Below, one piece after another: positions 58,424-64,000 of a DNA stretch of 64,000 bases (its first letter is position 1; the number at the start of each line of letters is the position of its first letter). The DNA lies in the NCBI GenBank assembly GCA_012295275.1, contig CM022676.1, forward strand, positions 14,198,001 to 14,262,000. Reading direction: 5' to 3'. Origin of the DNA: Chrysomallon squamiferum. Its lineage: Eukaryota; Animalia; Mollusca. Made by a program: the position numbers and the translations under genes. The notes below the pieces were generated by a model. The model was not told the origin of the DNA. It made no database searches and worked only from the letters and a program-made list of their open reading frames with translations.

Positions 58424-58833
58424 TAGAGCAAAATGATTAAAAAAAAGAACCAATATTTTTCTTTCCAGAGTATGCACTGGACTAATCAATATCAGACAAT
58501 GTCGCAGGATATGGAATGCGCGCTTTGCTTGGGTGCAGTTGCGTAGCATTTTACTAATTGATTCGGTATCAGTCGCAGTCTGAAACAATTGCATCCGTTC
58601 AACACTGATGTCACTGCGAACGTAAATGTACTGAATGAAAATGACAATAACACTTATTAGAAATCAATATGGAAATTGAATATCGAATTTTAAAAAACTG
58701 AAGCCAGGCTTTTCTAACAAAATAAACACAACTTTACCAACTTGACACTTGTATAAATATTTCAAATAAACAACTAGAAGAACAACAACAACAATAACAA
58801 CAATAACAACAACAAAAACACAATAATAATAAT

Positions 58834-58896
<63 letters not shown>

Positions 58897-59211
58897 GCTT
58901 ACAAACTGTGAATCGTTGTTCGAAATTCGAAAATCTGAAACGTTTTGAACATCCCAGACAGTGTCATTTTACAGATTTCTGATTATTTATCATATACAAG
59001 CATTCTTCTTCTTTCCTATTATTATTATTATTATATTATTATTATTATTATGCACATAATTATTTAAAATATTATATAAAAATGCCTGTCTGTATACGCG
59101 TATATGAAATATATCAGGGTTTCGTGTTTAGATTTGAACCTGTTTTCTTGCCGCGTCCATATTCTGGATGTCTGAAACATTTCCGGTCCCATATTTTTCA
59201 GAGAACAGATG

Positions 59212-59243
<32 letters not shown>

Positions 59244-60003
59244 CTATTGGATTATTTATTTTCACAAAATTTTGTGCATTTCAAATACGATTATAATTAT
59301 ATACGGAAAAAGGAAGGAAGCAGTAAGTAGATAATATATATTTAAAGTTAATTTGTTCTCTGTAGAACACTGCTGAGATGAAAGTGTTAGTTAATTATAA
59401 TTACTAGCAGATTCTGGTAACAGATTAAATTGTTCGTGCGTTTTACAGACTTTTAAAAAACTGTTTTCTGTTAGTGTAATTTACACATTTATTTGTTTTG
59501 TATTGTATTCATTCATACAGACATTTTATTATTTATTAAACAATTCTTATAAACTTTTACTTTTCAGCTGGAGTTCCAAATAACTTTTAAATTTGGGTCC
59601 TATTTATAAAACTTTTATGAAGTTTAATGAAATATGTGGTGTAGTTAAAATCATTTATACATGTATATTATATGTAGCTTTTACCTTGTCCCTGTTCTCA
59701 GGGTTAGGATTTTTTTGTATTTTTATTAGCAAGATTTAAGTTATTGTTGTTGACATTGCATGACCTAAATACGCTGTACCAGTTAATTTAAACATACATG
59801 TGTTTCTGTATGCACGAATTCAAAGTGGGAAGCTCAAAATACTTCTGTGAACAATAAAACGTATGCATAACGCAACAAGTAAATGGAGAAAAAAAATCAG
59901 TTATTTTAAGAACATCTGTCCAGCAAATTGCAGGACCAGGTGAAGATAATGTAAATAAACAAGCACAAAGGCCAACGCGCCGTCACCTCAAAATAATAAT
60001 AAT

Positions 60004-60067
<64 letters not shown>

Positions 60068-60153
60068 GAGAAAAAGAAAATGAAGAAGAAAGAATAATTA
60101 CTTAAAATATGTATGCGTTTCGTTTTTTCTGAGATTACTGTTTTATATATATC

Positions 60154-60195
<42 letters not shown>

Positions 60196-60587
60196 GATTA
60201 TATAAATGTTTCTTCTATTTAAACTGTTATTTGCTGTTTTCAGTTTTATAAATAAATAGTGATTACATCCGAGTTTTTGTTTTGCTTTATATACATATTT
60301 TTATATTAAACTACAAACACATACTCGGTTTTCAATGCAGCTAATACATTATTCCGAAATTTGTTAATCTATAGCAATTAATCTTTTGAATAATAAATAT
60401 TTAAAAATTCCTTTCTCTCTATTTGTCTGTTTATGTCACTGCCTGTCGTTCTGTACTGGTTAATAAGAAATACACTAGTAAAAACACAACATACTGGTGT
60501 TTCTATTCTAATAGATTTCGTATTTGACTAATAGCGGAGGAATTAACAACGGAATATTTCTTGATATCCGGTTCCTATTTATCGACA

Positions 60588-63456
<2,869 letters not shown>

Positions 63457-63469
<13 letters not shown>

Positions 63470-63680
63470 GTGAGTACATACATCAAATGACCTGATACAT
63501 TTGTATATGTCTATTTTAATAGTGAATACATACATACTCAAGTACATACATCAAATGACCTGATACATTTGTATATGTCTATTTTAATAGTGAAACTGCA
63601 GAATGTAAGTACATACATCAAATGACCTGATACATTTGTATATGTTTATTTTAATAGTGAATAGATACATACTCAAGGTA
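63457..63680 (+). repeat. ~60-70-bp tandem triplication at the NOMO exon-5 donor
   Basis: agtacatacatcaaatgacctgatacatttgtatatgt(c/t)tattttaatagtgaa x3, including a second copy of gaaactgcagaat|gt at 63592-63606. Confidence 0.9.
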
Positions 63681-64000
63681 TCAGAATCGCCTATATTTTT
63701 GTCTAAAACCGTATTGTACAAAACGTAAATAAAACAATGAAGTTTGTAGTATAGTTTATCTTATTTTGTCTATATGGACAGAAGTAATTTAGTTTCAAAT
63801 TGCTTCTGGATGCTTTTTGTTACAAACATTCACTGAAAATCAACATTTTGATTAAATTTTTATTTGTATTGTCATTAATTTCAAAGACACAGACTTGAAG
63901 TTTGATACATACACATGATAGTGCTGTTTTGTATGTCTCTGTAATAATTAATTTTGTTCTAGATTTGAGTACTAAAACAGTTTTTCCTATAAAATTATCA

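Overview
This is eukaryotic genomic DNA: AT-rich, very microsatellite-dense, with spliceosomal introns, and most likely from an invertebrate (a mollusc or other lophotrochozoan is my guess, not proven). Four spliced + strand genes can be assembled by hand. (1) The 3' seven exons of an Ig-superfamily single-pass receptor with tyrosine motifs in its tail (891-10387). (2, 3) A tandem pair of six-exon NIT-domain (nitrate/nitrite-sensing) two-TM guanylyl cyclases with no kinase-homology domain: NIT-GC-A (21732-43678) and NIT-GC-B (50422-57900). Each carries one 1-bp homopolymer deletion, probably an assembly error. (4) The first five exons of NOMO (60588-63469, continuing past the window). Most entries in the supplied ORF track are microsatellite artefacts. 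Points of interest: patchy gene conversion between the two NIT-GCs; a tandem repeat of the NIT-GC-A start codon that creates in-frame uORFs; a candidate spliced antisense transcript nested in NIT-GC-A; E-box and D-box satellite arrays in NIT-GC-A intron 1; repeated short duplications seeded at exon boundaries; and a 212-bp Tc1/mariner deletion derivative. All coordinates and counts were read by eye and should be confirmed computationally.
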